From the NCBI RefSeq assembly GCF_009914755.1, contig NC_060929.1: a stretch of DNA of 64,000 bases; one strand, given 5' to 3'. How positions within the stretch are numbered: position 1 is the first letter of the stretch; every line of letters starts with the position of its first letter. The notes beneath the pieces are model-generated. The model was not told the DNA's origin and did no database searches. It saw only the letters and a program-made list of their open reading frames with translations. Shown here piece after piece: positions 62,461-64,000 of the stretch. The translations under genes and the position numbers were made by a program. Source of the DNA: the human T2T-CHM13v2.0 reference genome, Homo sapiens.

Positions 62461-64000
62461 CATTCTCAGAAACTGCTTTGTGATGTGTGCATTTAAGTCA
62501 CAGACTTGAAACTTCCTTTAGGTAGAGCAGTGTTGAAACACACTTGTTGTATAATCTACAAGTGTTCTTTGGAGTGCTTTGTTGCCTATGTTGGAAAAAG
62601 AAGTATCTTCACATAAAAACTAGACAGAAGCATTCTCAGAAACTCCTTTGTGATGGGTGTGTTCAATTCACATTGTTGAACCTTTCTTTTGATACAGCAG
62701 TGTTGAAACAAACATTTTGTAGAATCTGCAAGTGTTCATTTCAAATGCTTTGAGGCCTTTGTTGGAAAAAGTGTTATCTTCACCTAAAAAATAGACAGAA
62801 GCATTCTCAGGAACTGCTTTGTAATATGTGCATTCAACTCACATAGTTGAACCTTACTTTTGAGAGAGCAGTTTTGAAACAGTCTTTTTGTAGTATCTGC
62901 AAGTGGATATTTGGAGCGATTTGAGGTTTAAGAAGGAAAAGGAAGCATCTTCAAATAAAAACTAGACAGAAGCTTTCTCAGAAACTGCTTTGTGATGTGT
63001 GCATTTAACTCAAAGTCTTGATCCTTACTTTTGTTAGAGCAGTGTTGAAACACACTTTTTGTAGAACCTGGTAGTGTTCATTTGGAGAGATTTGTTGCCT
63101 ATGGTGGAAAAAGGATTATCTTCTCTTAAAAACTAGACAGAAGCATTCTTAGAAACTGCTTTGTGATGTGTGTGTTCAATTCACAGAGTTGAAACTTTCC
63201 TTTGACAGAGCAGGTTTGAAACACTGCTTCTGTAGAATCTGCTTGTGGATAATGGGAGCTCCTTGAGGAATACGTTGTAAAAGGCATATCTTCACATACA
63301 AACTAGACAGAAGCATTCTCAGAAACTGCTTTGTGATGTGTGCATTCAACCCACAGAGTTGAACCTTCCTTTTGAGAGAGCAGTGTTGAAACGGTCTTTT
63401 GTAGTATCTGTAAGTGGATATTTGGAGCGATTTGAGGCCTATGATGGAAAAGGAAATATCTTCACATACAAACTAGACAGAAGCATTCTCAGAAACTGCT
63501 TTGTGATGTGTGCATTCAACCGACAGATTTGAACTTTCCTTTGGAGAGGGAGGTTTTGAAACAGTCTTTTTGTAGTATCTGCAAGTGGATATTTGTAGTG
63601 ACTTGGGGCCTCAGGTGGAAAAGGAAATACCTTCACATACAAAGTAGACAGAAGTATTCTCAGAAACTCCATTGTGATGTGTGCACTCAACTCACAGAGT
63701 TGAACCTTCCTTTTGAGAGAGCAGTTTTGAAACAGTCTTTTTGTAACGTCTGCAGGTGGATATTTGGAGCGATTCGTGTAGTATGATGGAAAAGGAAATA
63801 TCTTCACATACAAACTAAACAGAAGCATTCTCAGAAACTTCTTGTGATGTGTGCATTCACCTAACAGAGTGGATCCGTTCTTTTGATAGAGCAGTTTTGA
63901 ATCAGTCTTTTGGTAGGACCTGCAAGTTTTCATTTGGAGCGCTTTGAAGCCCATGGTGGAAAAGGGACTATCTTCAGAAAAAACTAGGCAGAAGCCTTCT
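62461..64000 (+). repeat. Partial HOR variant lacking m6 (m1-m5, m7-m10, start of m11), truncated by the window end
   Basis: m5 (GGGAGCTCC) is followed by m7 at ~63314 and m8 at ~63484. The m1-to-m8 distance is 171 bp shorter than canonical. Confidence 0.9.

Larger units (their letters stand above)
1..64000 (+). repeat. Alpha-satellite (alphoid) centromeric tandem array of ~171-bp monomers organised as a 15-mer HOR (~2558 bp)
   Basis: The alphoid consensus recurs every ~170-171 bp: CATTCTCAGAAACTGCTTTGTGATGTGTGCATTCAACTCACAGAGTTGAACCTTCCTTTTGAGAGAGCAG...GCAAGTGGATATTTGGAGCG...GGAAAAGGAAATATCTTCACATACAAACTAGACAGAAG. Equivalent spurious ORFs recur at 2558-bp spacing (3874, 6432, 8990, 11548...). 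Orientation is the same throughout. Confidence 0.99.

Noticed and set aside
121-63954. Numerous 60-171 aa ORFs on both strands (e.g. MGFKALQMK..., MELFELFVG..., MYNLQVFF...)
   Set aside because: They are chance open frames in satellite DNA. They recur with the HOR period, overlap on both strands, often start at non-ATG codons, gain stops and frameshifts freely between copies, and resemble no protein family I recognise. The Cys/His/Lys content only mimics zinc fingers.
1-64000. CRISPR-like pattern of a conserved motif (AAACTAGACAGAAGCATTCTCAGAAAC) with variable intervening sequence
   Set aside because: The intervening sequences are homologous to each other, the period is 171 bp, the sequence matches the alphoid consensus, and there are no cas genes.
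1-64000. Possible L1/Alu insertions or strand inversions
   Set aside because: I saw no poly-A tails, non-alphoid segments or reverse-complement monomers, and all unit lengths are explained by whole-monomer multiples plus 1-3 bp indels.
1-64000. Assignment to the active chr15 array D15Z3, which also has a ~2.5-kb 15-mer
   Set aside because: D15Z3 is SF2 with alternating D1/D2 monomers and frequent CENP-B boxes, whereas this array has only two B-type monomers in 15. The chromosome is left unassigned without a database search.

Overview
The whole 64 kb is primate, human-type centromeric alpha-satellite DNA: head-to-tail ~171-bp monomers in one orientation. I saw no protein-coding genes, RNA genes or transposon insertions. 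The monomers form a 15-monomer higher-order repeat (HOR) of about 2558 bp (my numbering m1-m15; for example m1 starts at 3788). The window holds 21 full 15-mers and six shorter structural variants: a 7-mer, two 10-mers, two 12-mers and a final truncated unit lacking m6. Only m11 carries an intact CENP-B box core (23 copies). m5 carries a decayed box, and the other monomers are A-type with pJalpha-like boxes. This sparse, irregular A/B pattern suggests an SF5-like (R1/R2), probably non-kinetochore HOR array; that assignment is inferred, not confirmed. All listed ORFs are repeat artefacts. The interesting signal is how the array evolved: SNP-defined haplotype blocks, a 3-HOR super-period, a 4604-bp out-of-register tandem duplication, breakpoints clustered at near-identical m6-m8, an ancestral trimer inside the HOR, and CENP-B-free variant units at both ends. 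I found no evidence of a new gene-encoded system.
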